Shown: in pieces, positions 36,481 to 50,700 of the stretch
Numbering within the stretch: position 1 is the stretch's first letter
Layout: each line of letters begins with the position of its first letter
Origin: Moniliella sp. 'wahieum'
Taxonomy: Eukaryota
NCBI GenBank assembly: GCA_003971905.1
Contig: RSEE01000019.1
Span: 434,001 to 498,000, forward strand
DNA length: 64,000 nt
Direction: 5' to 3'
Notes under the pieces: model-generated
Told to the model about the DNA's origin: nothing
Databases searched by the model: none
Seen by the model: only the letters and a program-made list of their open reading frames with translations
Program-made: the position numbers and the translations under genes

Positions 36481-39400
36481 ATGGGCGGACTGATCACCCC
36501 CTCGACCGGCCAGTCGACTAAGTCGGGTTCAACCAAACCACGGCCGCAACAACACAAAGTCCAATGGGCTGGCTGGGCCAACACAGGCTTCGCCAAGTCC
36601 ATCAAAGTCTCTGATTGGGCTGCCGGCTACGTCAATGCCGCCAGCAACAAGCTTGGCAGCGAACGCTTCTGGCCCAGCTCTGGCGACTATGTCGAGAGAT
36701 CGAGAAGTGTACTCGCATTCTCAATGGCTTTACCAAGCAGGGCTTCGTTCGTGAGGAAGAACAAGTCGTTGCTGATGACGACCCCGACGGCAAGGTCGTC
36801 GAGGAGCAGACCATCGGTCCGACGGTCAGCCCCTAACAAAGGAGGAAGCTTCCCAGCTTCCCCCGAGCGAAACCGCACCCAAAAGATTACCAAGAAGATC
36901 AAAAAGTCAAGATTATCCGCAAGGTTCGTCCTCTCCCTCTCCCTCTCCCTCTCCTCTCTCTCCCTCTCCCTCCCTCTCCCTCTCCCTCTCCCTCTCCCTC
37001 TCCCTCTCCCTCTCCCTCTCCCTCTCCTATTTTCTGCCCATTAACTCCCCTCCCCTCCCCAAAGATCCCTCCCCAAGTGATCCAGAAGGCATGTGGAATC
37101 GCCATCTACACGTCTATGCGGTCAGGTATGGCGCCATTTGGCGGTTCCGGCGGCTCTGGTGTTGTGATGGCTCGTCTCCCGACGGCTCCTGGTCCGGACC
37201 TTCGTTCATCACGCCGCAGAATGTTACGGCGGGGTTCATGTTTGGGGTGGATATTTACGATGTGGTGCTGCTCATTATGTCTCCGACCGCTCTCGAGGGG
37301 TTTAAGACGCACAAGGTTACTCTTGGTGCCGAGACGGGAATTGCAGCTGGACCAGTAGGCACTGGTGCTTCTATGGACCTGAGTGTAAACGGAATAGACT
37401 GGGCCAACTCCAAAGAGCAAACTCCCGAGGGGAGAAGAAGAAAATTTCGAAGCCGCCTGCGCCTCTGTTTCTTATACCCGCAACCGCGGTTTTTACGCTG
37501 GTCTGGAAGGCATGGCCATGGTCTACCTCACGCGTTTTGACGATAACGAACGGGTGTACCACTGGCCAGGTATCAGTGGCCGCGACGTGTTGGATGGCCG
37601 GGTGCGCAAGCCCGTTGAGGCTGGTTCGCTGTACGAAGCACTGGCGGCAGCTGAGACGGGCCAAGCCCAGCGACGGTGTCCGACTTGCGCTTGCCGAAGG
37701 AGCTCGACAATGTGTCTTTGGCCCAGTTGTCGCACCAGAGCAGCTTCTCCAAGACCAGTATGGCCGATGTTGAGACGGGTTCAACCACCGATTCGGCCCA
37801 CGATGGCTCGTCTTCTATCAAGACCGGCTCTGAAGAGTCAAACTGAAAATGGCGGTTCACTAGTCCTGGACGATGGTGAGCGTCTCCGTTTCCGCCTACA
37901 CCTGAGCAACTTGACTTTATGGAGCAGGCGGGCATTCAAGACGAGAAGATGAGGGTTGGAGGCGGCGCACAAGGAATACATCTGGTCCTTACCCCCTCCC
38001 CCGCGTCATCCAGGGGCTTTGAAGCGGGCCGAGGCCATTTCTCGCACCAAGGCTGGACACCGCTTTGTTGCCCCTGCACAGTTGCCTTCTGCCGGCTCGA
38101 ATCGCTTTGTTGCTCCGCCTCCACTGCTAGATGCAAAGAAGGCCCCGCTCCCTGCCTTGCAGCGCTCCATTTCGCATGAGAGCACCGGACCCTTAAGCCT
38201 TCAGGCCTTGACTCTCCACCACCATATGAATCTAGCCCGCAGGGCATGCCCTCGTTCCAGGATACGAAGGCGCCTCCGCAGGAGGCAGAAGAACCAAAGG
38301 AGGTTGCCTCAAGCGATTCAATCACCGAAGCCATCTCGGAACCTGGCTTTGCTGCCGAACCGACTTCCGGCGATCACAATGGAAATGGGGTCGTTGCCAA
38401 GGTGGTTGAGCAGGCCAAGGCGGATCTTGGAACCGTCCACCGGTGTTGCACCCACGCAGAAGGAAAACACCATCAACGAGAGGAGGTCCTCACCTGAGTT
38501 CATGGACCTTCCTCAAGAGGACTTCCCCCAGCTGCGGTCCACCGCGCAAAACCCAATCTGTGCCCCCACACTCTAAGGAGGCTGATCTCGCCAAGGTGAT
38601 GCCCCCAAGCGGGACGCTGCATCTGCCCAGGATGCTGGATGGAGGAAGTGGTATCTGTCACCGACAAAGCGCCAGAAGTGTCGACAACTGGGTTCGTGGC
38701 GGAGGAGCAGGAGTTCACGCCTACTGCCGATTTGACGGAAAGTTCCCTACTCGTCCAGGAGAGGAGGAGCCGTCCAAATCGCTCGTTCTGTTGGCGGCGC
38801 TGAGGGGCCGGGTATGGAGCACAGCACGGAGCAGACGGGAAGCGACGACCAGAAATCCTTGAGTATTGAAACGGATTCGCAAACGATTAAGAAATCGAGG
38901 CGCAAGACAGCAACCGAGTTTTGCTAGACTCAATGTGGAACGGGCGCTCGGGGACTCCTGCGTCCGGCCTGGGACTGTTACCTGGAGAAGGATCTGCCTC
39001 GACCCCCGTCGGACGATCATTTACCCCGGGTCGCTTGTTTGCCAAGAGGTGCCCGAAGAAGAAGAGCCAGAGGAACAGGAGCAGGAGGGAAAGAACAGAA
39101 TGCGTCCAAACAGCATCTATGGCCACCTCTGATCAGAAGATTGCTGTGCCTGTGGCTCGGAGGGAAAGTTTACATCTCGGGACGGGTGATGACGACCTGG
39201 ACGAAGAGGAGGTTGACCCCAAGGGCTAAGGGATGCATCCGAGTCGGGCCCCAGCACGAGACAAAGTATGGACCGTGGCGCCCTGATTACGATACGGACG
39301 AGGCCGATGAAAATACGACGGATGCGTTTGCCATTCTTTTCCCGTCGTTTCTCAGCTTACCCTACCCCCTCACGCAACCCAGCGTCGGAGAACGGGTGGA

Positions 39401-40122
39401 GACAATGCAACAAGACCAGGAGCAAGCTCAGAGCCGGCAAGAAATTCCTTTTCTGCTGCGCCCACGCCTGCACCTGTGACGGGGAGGAAACAGACCTGTC
39501 CGACGTCGAAAGCAATGACGACTTTGCTGAGGCCGAATCGCACGAACCCTCTTCAAACCCAAGCGCGGCCGTGGACACGATTCAAGAGGAGCCTAGACTG
39601 GAGACCGATGCTGAGCAACCGTCTCAGACACAGTCCCAGGCGCAACAGAGGAACTGTCGGCTAAACCACACAGCCAAACGCCTGATCCCCCTAGTTTGCC
39701 TTCAATCCAGACCCTTCCCACGTTCAATCGTCCTGCGCGCACCCGCCCATTGAGCATGATTGGCACCTCTCTTGAGCGATCCACCACACCTGGCACCCCC
39801 ACCACCCCTTCCACTCCTGTTGCGGTGCGCCCGTCCGCCCTCAACGCTCCGCTTCCCCCCGCGCTTTCCGCCCTCCGCGGTCCTCTGCGCGGCCCACCAG
39901 CATGGTGGAGCCCCTGGGTGCCCCGATGGACACCGAGGAGCGGTCGTCACGCTAAAGGCGCGGTGTGTCGAGGCGGTTTGCGAGAAGTTGGTCACGTCGG
40001 AGTCTGCGCCCATCAACATTATTGACGTTCTTAGGCCGGCTGCGCCAGCCACTTACTTGGGTTGTTGGCACCTTGTTCTCGATATTCGAAATGCGCATCT
40101 GTTGGGCCCACCCAATTCTTAA
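36481..40122 (+). CDS. SYLF/Ysc84 (DUF500) domain protein with long low-complexity C-terminus; frameshifted
   Basis: ERFWP..EIEKCTRIL; IPPQVIQKACGIAIYTSMRSGMAPFGGSGGSGVVMARLPDGSWSGPS...GFMFGVDIYDVVLLI...KVTLGAETGIAAGPVG. The 3' end is uncertain. Confidence 0.8.
36930..37027 (+). repeat. (CTCTCC)n polypyrimidine microsatellite inside intron 36924-37064
   Basis: About 16 near-perfect CTCTCC units between a GTTCGT donor and an AAG acceptor. Confidence 0.9.
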
Positions 40123-40974
40123 TCCACCCTCGTTTGTTATCCCTTGATGCATCACCACATTACCTTGACTACAACTATAGAATGCGGGTGTGTGAAATCG
40201 CGAGGCTGAGAGGTGTAACAGTAACATGCAACATGCAAAGGGCCACGTGCAGGTGATCCGGGCCGTGGCCGGATCTGGCCTCGTGGATGCCGGCCTTGGG
40301 GGCAGTCGACCCCAGGCCTGAGGCTCAGACCTGAAGATGCGGGTGTAGTCGCAGGACGAACGCTAGAGAATATAGGCATGCGGACTGGACGAGGGCGAAG
40401 GCGCCGGCATGGGGGCAGTGAGAAGCGGTCCAGTTCTGGGCTGATGTTCCTCACTGGCAGGATGCGTGCACGTGACCTGCTGGATGACCGGGGCTCCGCA
40501 TCCCGCAAAATCAGACCACGACCGCCTGTCGCTCAGGCCCACGGGGCTTCTCAGCCCACCACCCCTCTTCGGCACGGGTATCCTGATTTTCCCCAGTACC
40601 ACCCTATCCAGTGTGACCCATGTGACCGCGGGTCAGCATGCCGCCGCCCCCTACCCAGGAAAAGCGCGGCCGGCGAAGACTGCCATAGGGTGAGAACGCG
40701 GGGAAAGGCGCAGGCTTAGCAGTGGTAGCTCTAGCAACACGATGCAGCTTACATACATTCTTTGTGACTTGTTCGGGGGAATCCGCTGTATGTTCGATGC
40801 AATGCGTCTGCCGTATTGCCTCTCTCCTCTCTCTCTACTTTAATCCGGCCTTAGGGCCCTTAGGCCTTAAGGCTTACGGAAATCCCCGCGATCATCCGCA
40901 TCATCCGTCAAAAGATCACAGACATGTCGGAGGAGAGAAGAGCCTGACAGAACGCTTTTGAGCTCAGATGCTGG

Positions 40975-40981
40975 TATAAAA
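40975..40981 (+). promoter_or_regulatory. TATA box of NDUFA4-like gene
   Basis: TATAAAA about 105 nt upstream of the ATG at 41082, followed by a CT-rich leader. Confidence 0.55.
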
Positions 40982-41081
40982 GCCCCCCCTCACTTGGGTG
41001 TACTCCTCTCTTCCTCATCCATCACCACCTCCGCATCTCCTGCTCTTCCCTCTCGCATTTTTTTCGCCTACATCGCACCCC

Positions 41082-41404
41082 ATGTCCCTCGTCGGTCACT
41101 TCTTCAAGCACTGGTACAGCCACGATGCCGTGCCTCTTGCTGTGCTCATGGTGACCGTTGTGAGCGGAGCCAGCTTCGTGGCCTTCCGCGCTGCCCATGC
41201 GCCCGACGTTGTGTGGGACAAGAGGAACCCAGCGCCTGGAACTCAATCAAGGATGATGAGGGTCAAGCTGGTTCAGATCAACGTGCGTATTATATACTCC
41301 AACTTGCATATTCCTCTTGTACACTTCGAGGGCTAACTTTCTCTACTTTTTATCCTCCACAGCAAAAGTTCGACCGCCAGTGGCATCGCGACCTGAGGGC
41401 TTAA
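41082..41404 (+). CDS. NDUFA4/B12D (COXFA4)-family small mitochondrial membrane protein
   Basis: HWYSHDAVPLAVLMVTVVSGASFVAFRAAHAPDVVWDKRNP.PWNSI...KLVQIN|QKFDRQWHRD. Intron about 41284-41361 (GTGCGT..CTAAC..CAG). Confidence 0.85.
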
Positions 41405-42334
41405 GTGTCTCGGCTACGTTAACTTATAGCGTCTCTCGCCCAAGCGCGTTTTCCCTTCTTATATGACACTTGCTTTTGGTTCGCATCGCCTCTGGCTCAT
41501 GCTACGCTCTGCACGACCCGAACATGTCGACCTTCTAGTTTGATTTGTGACTTCCAATAATGTACATCACGTTTGCAACCTCGTCGACCTCATCAGAGAT
41601 GTTTGCTCGGCCTGAGCAGCATTTCGGTAGCGCATATACAAAAAGTTCTTTGCTCGCCGATTCCGTAATCCGCTATGAAGGCTCTGTAACCGTCAGCTTC
41701 CATGTGGTTCGTTCCATTGTGAAGGGGTAGATCTTGTTCCCCGGTATTCTAAAGACGGGCGGAAACAAGGGGGAGGTGTCGGCAGCGACTTCGTCTGATT
41801 CGTTATTCAGCGCTGACATTGCAAAGAGTGCGCGGTAAAAGGAATAGGAGAGAGAATATATAGCTGTGGACAAAGCACACAGGAGGCAGGTGGCCGGCGC
41901 AACACCGCCCACATCTCCATTGCTTCTCCCATTGCAAATAGGAACAGAAGGATCGTCCTGATCGCATGGCTGGCGTGTACCCGCGTTGGGCAGACGAAGA
42001 AGATGGGAGGAGGATTGCTGGCGCCTCAACAGCAGGGGCACCCCGCGCCAAATGCATCAGCTCAAATAATAACCCTACTGCAAGCGCTGGTGTGCCGACT
42101 GCGGGCGGGCTGCTGCCGAGAGCCTGTGTCGCCGGGTGGGCAGCAGGCGGCAGCGTGGCTGGCGTCCTGCCCCGCTTTGGGCTCACGTGGCTGGCCACGG
42201 GGGCAGCGTTCGGATCTGTGGGGGGCACCAGCAACCGCAATCGCGCGCTGTGTTTGCGTCCTCCGCGTCCTCCCCTTCTACCCCCTTTTTACCACCACCA
42301 CCCCTCCTCCATTTCCCTTGTTCCCACCGCCAAC

Positions 42335-43222
42335 ATGTCCGTCGAGCTCTCCCCTTCCTCGACGCTGGCCTTTGAGCGTACGTATGTCCCCTGCTGCGTG
42401 CCGGGCAGCCGCTCTGCGCCTTGGCTGCGCTCATATCTCTGACGGTGCTACTCTGCCGCCCTGGTCTCCAGGCCCGCTCACCCGCCTCATCCCCCTCGTC
42501 CTCACCCTCCGCAACACTAACACCCAGCCCATCGCCTTCAAGATCAAGACCACTGCGCCCAAACAGTACTCTGTTCGTCCCAGTGCCGCCCGCGTCGAAC
42601 CGGGCGAGTCGGTTGGGATCCACAGTACGCTCGCTTTCTGCCCGCGGCGCCACAGGTAACTTACCCCTCGCACCTCTTTCTCTTTTCCCCAGTCGCCCTG
42701 CAGCCCTTCAAAGAGGATCCCCCCGCTGGAAGCCGGTGCAGGGATAAGTTTCCTGGTGCAGAGCCCTCCTTACGCTGGATCGGGAAACGATTGATATCCA
42801 CGACATCTGGACCGCCTGCCTAAGGAGGACATGTACGAGCAGAAACTTCGGTAGCGTGGGTTGGCGATGCGCCTGCTCCCGCTTCGACGGCGCCTGCGGC
42901 TGCCCCCCTTGTGACGGGGGCGGGCGCGGCGACGCTGACCAGCCCAGTTATGGCCTCCCCCTGGTGCCATCGCCAATCAGCGCGGATGGCTTGCAAGCCG
43001 GGGAGCGTGCCTTGCCGGTCTCTACCTCGGCTCCTGTGTCTGGCATCGCCCCAGTACCACCCGCGGTGGTGGACAAGCCATTGAGCGCGTCAGAATACGA
43101 AGCAAAGATCAAATCGCTACAAGGGGCAAGTGGCGGTGGCTCAGGCGGAACGGGGCGTGGCAGGGCAAACGGTAGCGATGGTGGCGGGATTTGTGTTTGT
43201 GATGACCTATCTCTTTTTCTAG
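42335..43222 (+). CDS. SCS2: VAP/Scs2 ER membrane protein (MSP domain plus C-terminal TM)
   Basis: LTLRNTNTQPIAFKIKTTAPKQYSVRPSAARVEPGES, RDKFLVQS, MYEQKLR, and tail anchor QTVAMVAGFVFVMTYLFF-stop. Two introns, about 42378-42471 and 42625-42692. Confidence 0.9.
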
Positions 43223-43899
43223 AGGGTTTGCATGGCTCCTGTGATCTTGGTTTGGCGGGCGGGATGAGCGACACGAGCCCCCGGTCCGGCCTGCTGTGCT
43301 TCTTCGGCCATAAATGTTTGGTTACCCCAATGACCGGTACCCCTGTCGTACGCTTCGCCCAATCCAAGTGTGACATGCGGGCAGCGGGTCTCCGGGCAGC
43401 AGAGGATATGTAGTGGCGTGGGTGCTCTCGTTGTCTATAGGGGTAGATGCCATGAATGTAAGTGAAGGCAACTAGGGGCTATACTGGCACGCGGGACTAT
43501 AAGGGAGAGGAAGATTGGTGCCTTGCTGGGGTGAGGTGGACATGCTTTGAAGGAACGGTGGCCACGAAAAGTCAACACTGTAGTACAAAGGTGGGAAAGG
43601 AAATGTGTTTTGGAAAAAAGTAGGGTGTGCGTGGAATGGAAAATGAGCGTCGCCAAGTGGAAGCCCTTGGGAAAAGAACGAAAAGAGACAAGTTGAGATT
43701 GTGGTGACGCAGAAGGCAGGCGGGTATAAGAGGGAATGTGGGCGCATATCGGTGAAAAAGAGAGCATAGGGAAGTCTTTAGTGCTTCATTCGGAATGAAT
43801 GTGGACAAGACAGTCTCGGCTCGTCGTGCCTGCGCGAAGGGGTGTATAGTGTTGGTGACTGTGCTCTCGACGGCCATCAAGTGGACAATAATAAGCTCA

Positions 43900-46800
43900 G
43901 ATCGCCCTCGACTGAATCCTGCTCCGACGTAATAAGGTCGGTGGAACGGGAATCGGTATTCAGGCATGAATGAGACCGACTCGGATTCGACGGACCATAG
44001 ACCGTATCGCCATCGCCGTCGTTTTGGGTCTGGAGGTGGAGGGGAGTACAAGGCACCCGTCATCCCCCTCCCATATCGACCGTTCACTTTCCCGGGAGCG
44101 ATGATAACTTCGCCAAGTGGTTGCATACTGTGGTTGTCGTGAGAATCGGTCCCACCAATAGTATTCCTGTAAGCTGCAAGGCGAGCAGCAATCTGATGAT
44201 TGCTAGGGCAAAACATGCGTTGTGAGGAGTCCAATCTGCCGTATCCAGATCAGGAACCAATGTCTCGAGTTCGCCCCAATGTTTGCATACCCACCCCCAC
44301 GCTGGCCGGGGCTCTGGCTGACGCAAATCGAGTGCCTCTCGCTGGTTCGCCTCCCAGCTGGTCGTCCGCTTGCGTGAGGGGAATAATCGAGATTCTGGGC
44401 TCCTCAGTGGCGACGCCACTGATGGTGGGTACGAATTCCAGCACCAGTTGTGATCCCTCTATCCACTCCCGCACCATGGGAGGGATTATCTCATGTTTAG
44501 ACGAAGAAGGAACATGGTCTTCGGTGATTACTGCAAAGGAGAGTCCATCTTGTCGCTCAGCATCGGGTTCCTCCTCGCTCTTTCCCCGTCCCTTTTCTCT
44601 GTGCTCAGGTGACTGGAACGGACGAAGCGGAGAGGAGGCATGCGAACCACCCGAGTCAAAGAGCCAAGATGAGGGAGTACAGATCCTACTGTACCAGCAA
44701 TCCTGGTCATCAGACCGGTTCTCGCAGCTTCCGGAGGGTGTGACGGGAAGTGCGGTTGGGCCGAGGGGACGGCGAGGTGACGTTGGCGAAAACTGCGGGA
44801 AGGGGATTGAACCCTTTCCGTCTCCACATCAGTATCGCCTATCTCCCAGTCCCCCTCTCCTGCATCCAAAGCACGCTCAGCGGCCACATGCTCAATCTCC
44901 TCCTGACATGTATCGTGGTGTGCAAACGAGATGGTACGGGCTTGCATGGGGACGCCGACCCAGCGTACAGGCGAGGGCACAGTGTCAGTCTCTGGTTGTG
45001 CCCCCCTTGTGGTAAAATGTGTTGGCACGTTGCCAGTGGCGACAATGGAGGTGTTGTAGTCATCGCAGACGCCGGCACAGAGTGGCCGTCGTCTGCTTCG
45101 GGCGAAAGAGACCAGATCATCGTTCCGGTTCGGACCACGATCCAACTGAGACGGAGAAAGGAAGCGACCAACTTCCTCTCTGCTGCTGCCTTTTCCCCCT
45201 TGTATTGCACTCTGTCCGGCGTCCGCCACAGGACCGTTCACGTACTCCCTTCCATCCAGTTGGGACGCCAACACACGTCGAATCTCAGCCAGGTTTCCGC
45301 CTTGCTTGTCTCCCGCCTCGTCCGGCGATCGTCGGACCATTACCTTGTCTGACCCCAACGTTCGGAACCGGTCAAACGCTCGGTTGGCCCACATTCCCAG
45401 GTGGCAGTTCGAGAGAGGGAGAGGGAAGTGACGCCCAGGTCGGCTTGGGAGAGAGCGGTGCAAACGCCGGGTGGAATGGCGAGCGGCCGAGAAAAGGGAA
45501 CGGTGAGACCGTGGACGCCAATGGAACAAAGGACAAAAAAGTAGGTGATGGGGATCATGGCGTTGGCCAGGTAGTCGTTGGGGTGGGTAGGCGGGGTGGG
45601 AATCTGGTTGGGCAAGAGGGTACGTCCCAGGGTGGAAATGAAAATTGCGCCGCAGCCCATGGGGCCAAAGTGTCCGACAAACAAGCTTCGCGGAACGTCT
45701 TAATGTCGGGTACGTATTTCCACAGCGCAACAATGATCGGGATGCGCTTGAGAAGATGTGAGGATGGCAATCGCAAAGAGCGTCTAATGTCGGGAGGGTG
45801 TCGGGGTTAACCCAGGCACTGAACGGCATCATGGCCCCTAGATAGACAAACGTTGCCGTATTAAACAAGAGGTCGACAATGGCAGAGAAATTGGACGATT
45901 CAGTTTGGGAAGAGAACCAGCCATCCCACGCAAACGCCGTGCCGGCCGCAAACGCCGCCAGCAAATCGTCCGAGCCCAGCAGCACATTGATTCCGACGGA
46001 CAAGAGTGCCAAGGCAACATAGTGTACTACAAAGGACTCACGATCGACCAAGTGCCACTGCTCCGACAGGCGAATCACCTTGCGTGCCATCCAGCCGACC
46101 ACAGCTCCAATGACAGTGCCCATAATAATCTCGTAAAGGATGATTTGGCAGACCTGTCTCCACAGCGCCCTCCCGTCAGTACTGCTCATACACCTCGTGT
46201 ACAGATGGTATATATATAGGGTCTGTGAGAGGTGAACAGGAAGGGCTTACCCAACGACCAATTGCCCATCCGACGTTCTGCCGATTCATGGTCAGGTACA
46301 AAGCCAGGTAGAGAAAGGGGAATGCGGCGCCATCGTTGCAACCTGATTCACAGGTGAGCAAATGGCGAATATGTGCAGGGACGTGTTTTTCGGCCCAAGG
46401 GCCCCCGACCACCGAGGCCGACAAGATGGGATCGGTGGGGGTGACGGCAGCGCAACGACGAGAGAGGTGAGGTAATCCAGGCCAGGTACCAATGCCCACA
46501 GAAACAGGCCGGTGATGAGCCAGCCCCAGAGCATGACGGGTCCGAGGAGGACAAGGAGTGACTTCCAGTGCCGAGCCATGTACTTTTTCGGAAGCTCGAC
46601 CCCAGCGGCAAAGACAGAGAGGGCAATGGTGACGCGCAAGACTTCGATGGTGATCTGGTCGGTCACGTAGGTACCGGGCGGGGCCTGATGGGGATGGGGG
46701 CCCAATGGGCAGGGTCAAAGAGGTGAAGGCCATATGGACCGACAATGATGCCAAACACGGCCGCGAGGGGAGCCTCTCCAAAGTAGAGCTTCTCCTTGAT

Positions 46801-47035
46801 AAAGAGGGAGAAGCATGCAAAGAGGACAACAAATGCGCCAAAGCCGGCGTAGATGCTGTGTGGCGGGGCGAGACCTGAAAGGGCTTGAAGTGGTGCGCCG
46901 TGACGGGTGTCGTGGGGGTGGGGTGGGGGTAGCGGAGGTGGAGGCGGAGGCGGGCGAGGCCGAAGCGGCTGGCGATGGAGACGCGGCGATGGTGGCGAGC
47001 TGGGCGGCGACACTGACGGTGGCGAGCAGCCGCAT
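43900..47035 (-). CDS. NHA1: Plasma-membrane Na+(K+)/H+ antiporter, CPA1 Nha1/Sod2 family; frameshifted
   Basis: FSLFIKEKLYFGEA, VFAAGVELPKKYMARHWKSL, TPTDPILSASVVGG, HIRHLLTCESGCNDGAAFPF, LLGSDDLLAAFAAG, FVGHFGPMG. Intron 46154-46250. Long hydrophilic C-tail; the stop position is uncertain. Confidence 0.9.
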
Positions 47036-47775
47036 GGCGGTGGCGGAGGAGCAGGGCGAGGGCGCGGGCGAATGCGAGTGGGGCTGGACGCAGGCGGGAG
47101 AGCCCAGACGTAGGGGGTGGGCGGGGGCCGTCGCCTGCTGGCACTGGCTGATGTGTGCCAATCAACTCAATTAACGTCTGCACTCTGTGCGGCTCCTCGG
47201 CTTTGCCCTCGCCTCGCATCTTATCGATCGGGATGCAGCCACGAGGTGTATATACCAGCCGTCCGGCCTGCGCCACACCTCGGAATCGGTCGGGATACCA
47301 TCCGCAGCTGTATTACCTAAACACCCCGCCTCTCCCTGCAGCTCAATACTCTTGGGCCGTGAACAGGAGACCGCTCCGCAGCGTCTATATCAATCCTACG
47401 GTACTCCCCCCTCCGAGCAGAGAGCAGATGCATGACACCCATTTGTATTGCTGCCTCTTCGCCGCGCCCGGGCGGTCGATAGCAGACTGATGGCATGCAC
47501 ATTGTGGGAGACCAAGCAGACCAAGGTCACAAGAACAAGGGACGGAACCGATCGGCAAGGCAAGGCAAGACAAGGCAAGACGAGGGGGATACAACGACGC
47601 AGTAGGGGGAGGTGGGAGTCGGACAGCGACCGAAGGGGAGAGAAAAGAAGAAAAAAAACAGGAAGACAGACACAGAAGGAAAGGGACCCAACCCAACACA
47701 ATCCACAGCCGAGCCAAGTTGGGGCGACAAGAAGGAGGCACAGAGAGCGCAGGGTTACCCGCCACGCCCGCTTTG

Positions 47776-50700
47776 TCATTTGGTTACTCGGCACGCCCAT
47801 ACTCCGCTCAAGGCGCGCTTAATCGAATCCAGCGCCTGGCCCGTCTGCGCCGCACGGGGGGAAAGGGTACCCGTCGACGGTTTGGTTGGCACCCTCAGCT
47901 TGTCCCGGCGCGCGACCTTGGTGTCCGCTGCCACGGTCGCTACCGGACGCGTTCCATACACCAATGCCGGTCGCGGCACGGGCCCCGCCTGACCGGGTGG
48001 CATGGGCGCGGCAACCTGCGCTGCGCGTCGGGCCAAGTCGCGAAGCGCATCCTGGTTGCCTGCCTGGGCTTGCTTGGCGAGGTAGGATGGGTAGTAAGGT
48101 GGCGCTGCTGGGTCAGTCGGCTCGGCAGCCGAGCCAGCGGCCGAGGTGCGGGGATCGGCCTTCTGGGCATTGGCCACACACCACCCAGTGCGGAGGCTGA
48201 GGCCGAAGCCGAGCTGGCTAAGGTCCCAATGGTAGAGGTAGCTGCGGACGAAGTCCGTGCCGTGGAGAGGCTGCTGCCGGTCGTACGGGGCGGGAAGGGA
48301 CCGAAGGCCCAGTCGGCCCGCGCCATTGGTGCCACCCCGGCCGAGGCACGGTACACGCGGCAAACGAGTCGCGCAGCGGGGAGCGAAAGGTACGTGTGAC
48401 AGCGTGCGGACGAGCCTGGTGAGAGGCTTGGTAGGTGAGCGCCAGGGCTCGTGCGGTCCGGCGTGGGAGCGTGAGCGAGGGTTGGAACGAAGTTGGCATC
48501 TCCTCCATCGCCACCTCGCCAGTAGCGGGATCGATGAGCAAGGTTGGCTGCGCATACTGCTGCAGTTGGGGAGGAAGGTCGTCCACGTCCAACGCGCACG
48601 TCTCTCGTGTGGTAACCAGAGCTTGGGTCGCATACATTGGCATCCCCAATGGATTGGGCGGTGCGTGTTCCACTCGGCCAGGCCCGGGTGCCCATACTCC
48701 TCCACCTGCCCAGCAGTGCCGGAGGCATCGTCACTCCGCCCGTCAGCGGCGGATTGAGCACCGGTTCCAACAATGCCCCGGTTACCTCGTTATTTGGCAA
48801 CGCAGGACCCATCAGGTGACCGCCGCCTTCGGCGCGCACGTACTCACCCCGCTCCGGCCGCGGTTGTATGCCAGCAACAGCCGCGTTCAGCATCGCACCA
48901 TACCCAGGACGCCAAGGCGAGTAGGGCCCCACAACGCGGAGATGCAGGCGCGGGAGGGGAGACGTAAACGGGTTCCCGCCCACCAGCGCCGACGACAGCA
49001 TCGACTCCTCCGCGGTCGCGTGCGACGCGTGGGCCGAATGCACGTGGCAGTACGGAGGAGGGGGGGGGCGCGACGTGACTGGCGAGACGAGTGCGGGGAG
49101 GTAGGACGTTTCCCATCTCCCCCGGCCCTTCGGACGGGGGAGAAAAAGTAGAGATTGGAGAGAGCTTGGATCGTGCCTGGCGCGAATTCACCGGGGATCC
49201 AGGCGCAGTCTGCGCTCCCGTCTTGAAATCAGGCGCAGGAGAGATACGAGAGGTGTGGGGCGAAGGCGGAATCCAGACTGGAGAGGGAGAGTCAACGAGA
49301 TCCGTCTCGCTTTTTCCTTTGCCTCGGCCAGCCGAGCTCACCGTGCGCTCCCGCGGAATATACGTTTGAGAGGGAGAGACGATACGGGGAGACAACGATT
49401 GGCTCGGATCGGCCGGGTGATGCGATGGCGCACAACCAACCAAGACGGGCGAGATATGAGCCTCGGTCGGGGAGCCGGCAAGGTAAGAGCGGGACTGGGA
49501 GTGACCGCCCCCGTGTCCGTTCTTCTGCGGTGAAGCAGCTTGGCGAGACACGGTCGAGTGGGACGAATGTCGCATCGCGCTCGTGTTACTGACTAGGGCC
49601 GGGGCAGCGGTGGTGGCCATCTTGCGCTGAAGGAGCACGTCGGCGGGAGAAGAAGAGTAGGAGGTTGACACGCGATTGGTCAGGTTCAAGAGCGAATGCG
49701 AACGTTTGGCCATGGGCGACTTGGAGCCGGCGGGTGTGCGCGGGGCATGCGAAACATCCGCCGTGGTACTCGCAGTCTCCTCAGAAAGATGTGAATCTCG
49801 GGACGAGCTGGGAACTTCCGAGGTCGAGCCCGCTTCTCAGCTTGCCCTTGGGGTGGGACGGTTTGAAGCGGGAGGCGTCGGGGGCAGATCGTCTCTGGTC
49901 GCCTTGGGCACCTGGTCATTGCCAGAGGGAGATGATTCCGGGGTTGGAATTGCTGTTGACGCCGTCGTAGTGTCACTCTGATTGTCCGTTGAGGTACGGA
50001 GCGGGTCTGGACACCTCTCCTCGGCCACCGCGGGACCTGGCGTGGCAGGAGGGGGCGGTGAGGAGCAGGAAGCGGAAGTTGGAACGACAGTGAGCTCAGG
50101 ATGGTCCGAAGGCTGAGCATATCCATCGCGTTGTATCCTCTCTCCTTGGGGATTGGGCCCAGAGGATGTGGCAGTGGACTGATCGCGGTCCAGCAGAGTT
50201 CGATCCGATGCAGGCGCGCTCATCATCGAGGGCGTACATGGCGACGAAGACACGACTGTGGCCGCCGTGTCAGTGTCGGACAAAGGTGTGCCGTGTGCTG
50301 CACCACCCAGGTGGTGTCGCGCGACAAGGTAGTCTGTCTGATTTGGGGTTGGGCCAGCAGTGGGTGCCGGGGCAGGGAGTGAGGGGGTAGGTGAAGAGGT
50401 CCACGATCTCAGGCGGAGGACGTGGTTGGGGTTGGGGATTGAGGCGGGAAAGGGAGTAGAGGTAGTGGTGGAGGGTGGGACAGACGAATCAGCCTGCCGC
50501 CGACGACGGGGGGCCATGACCAATACATCGCGCTCGTCATCGTCATCGTCTTGGTCCGCATCGTCGTCGGCCTCAGGTCCGGCACCTTGGGCGGGGTCGG
50601 GAGGGACCCTGCGGTGGGCCTGGTAGGAGGCAGAGGCGGGTGCGGCTGGGGCAGGCGGATGGGCAGGGGTGAAGAAGCCGATGTTGGCACGGGCCGAGAG

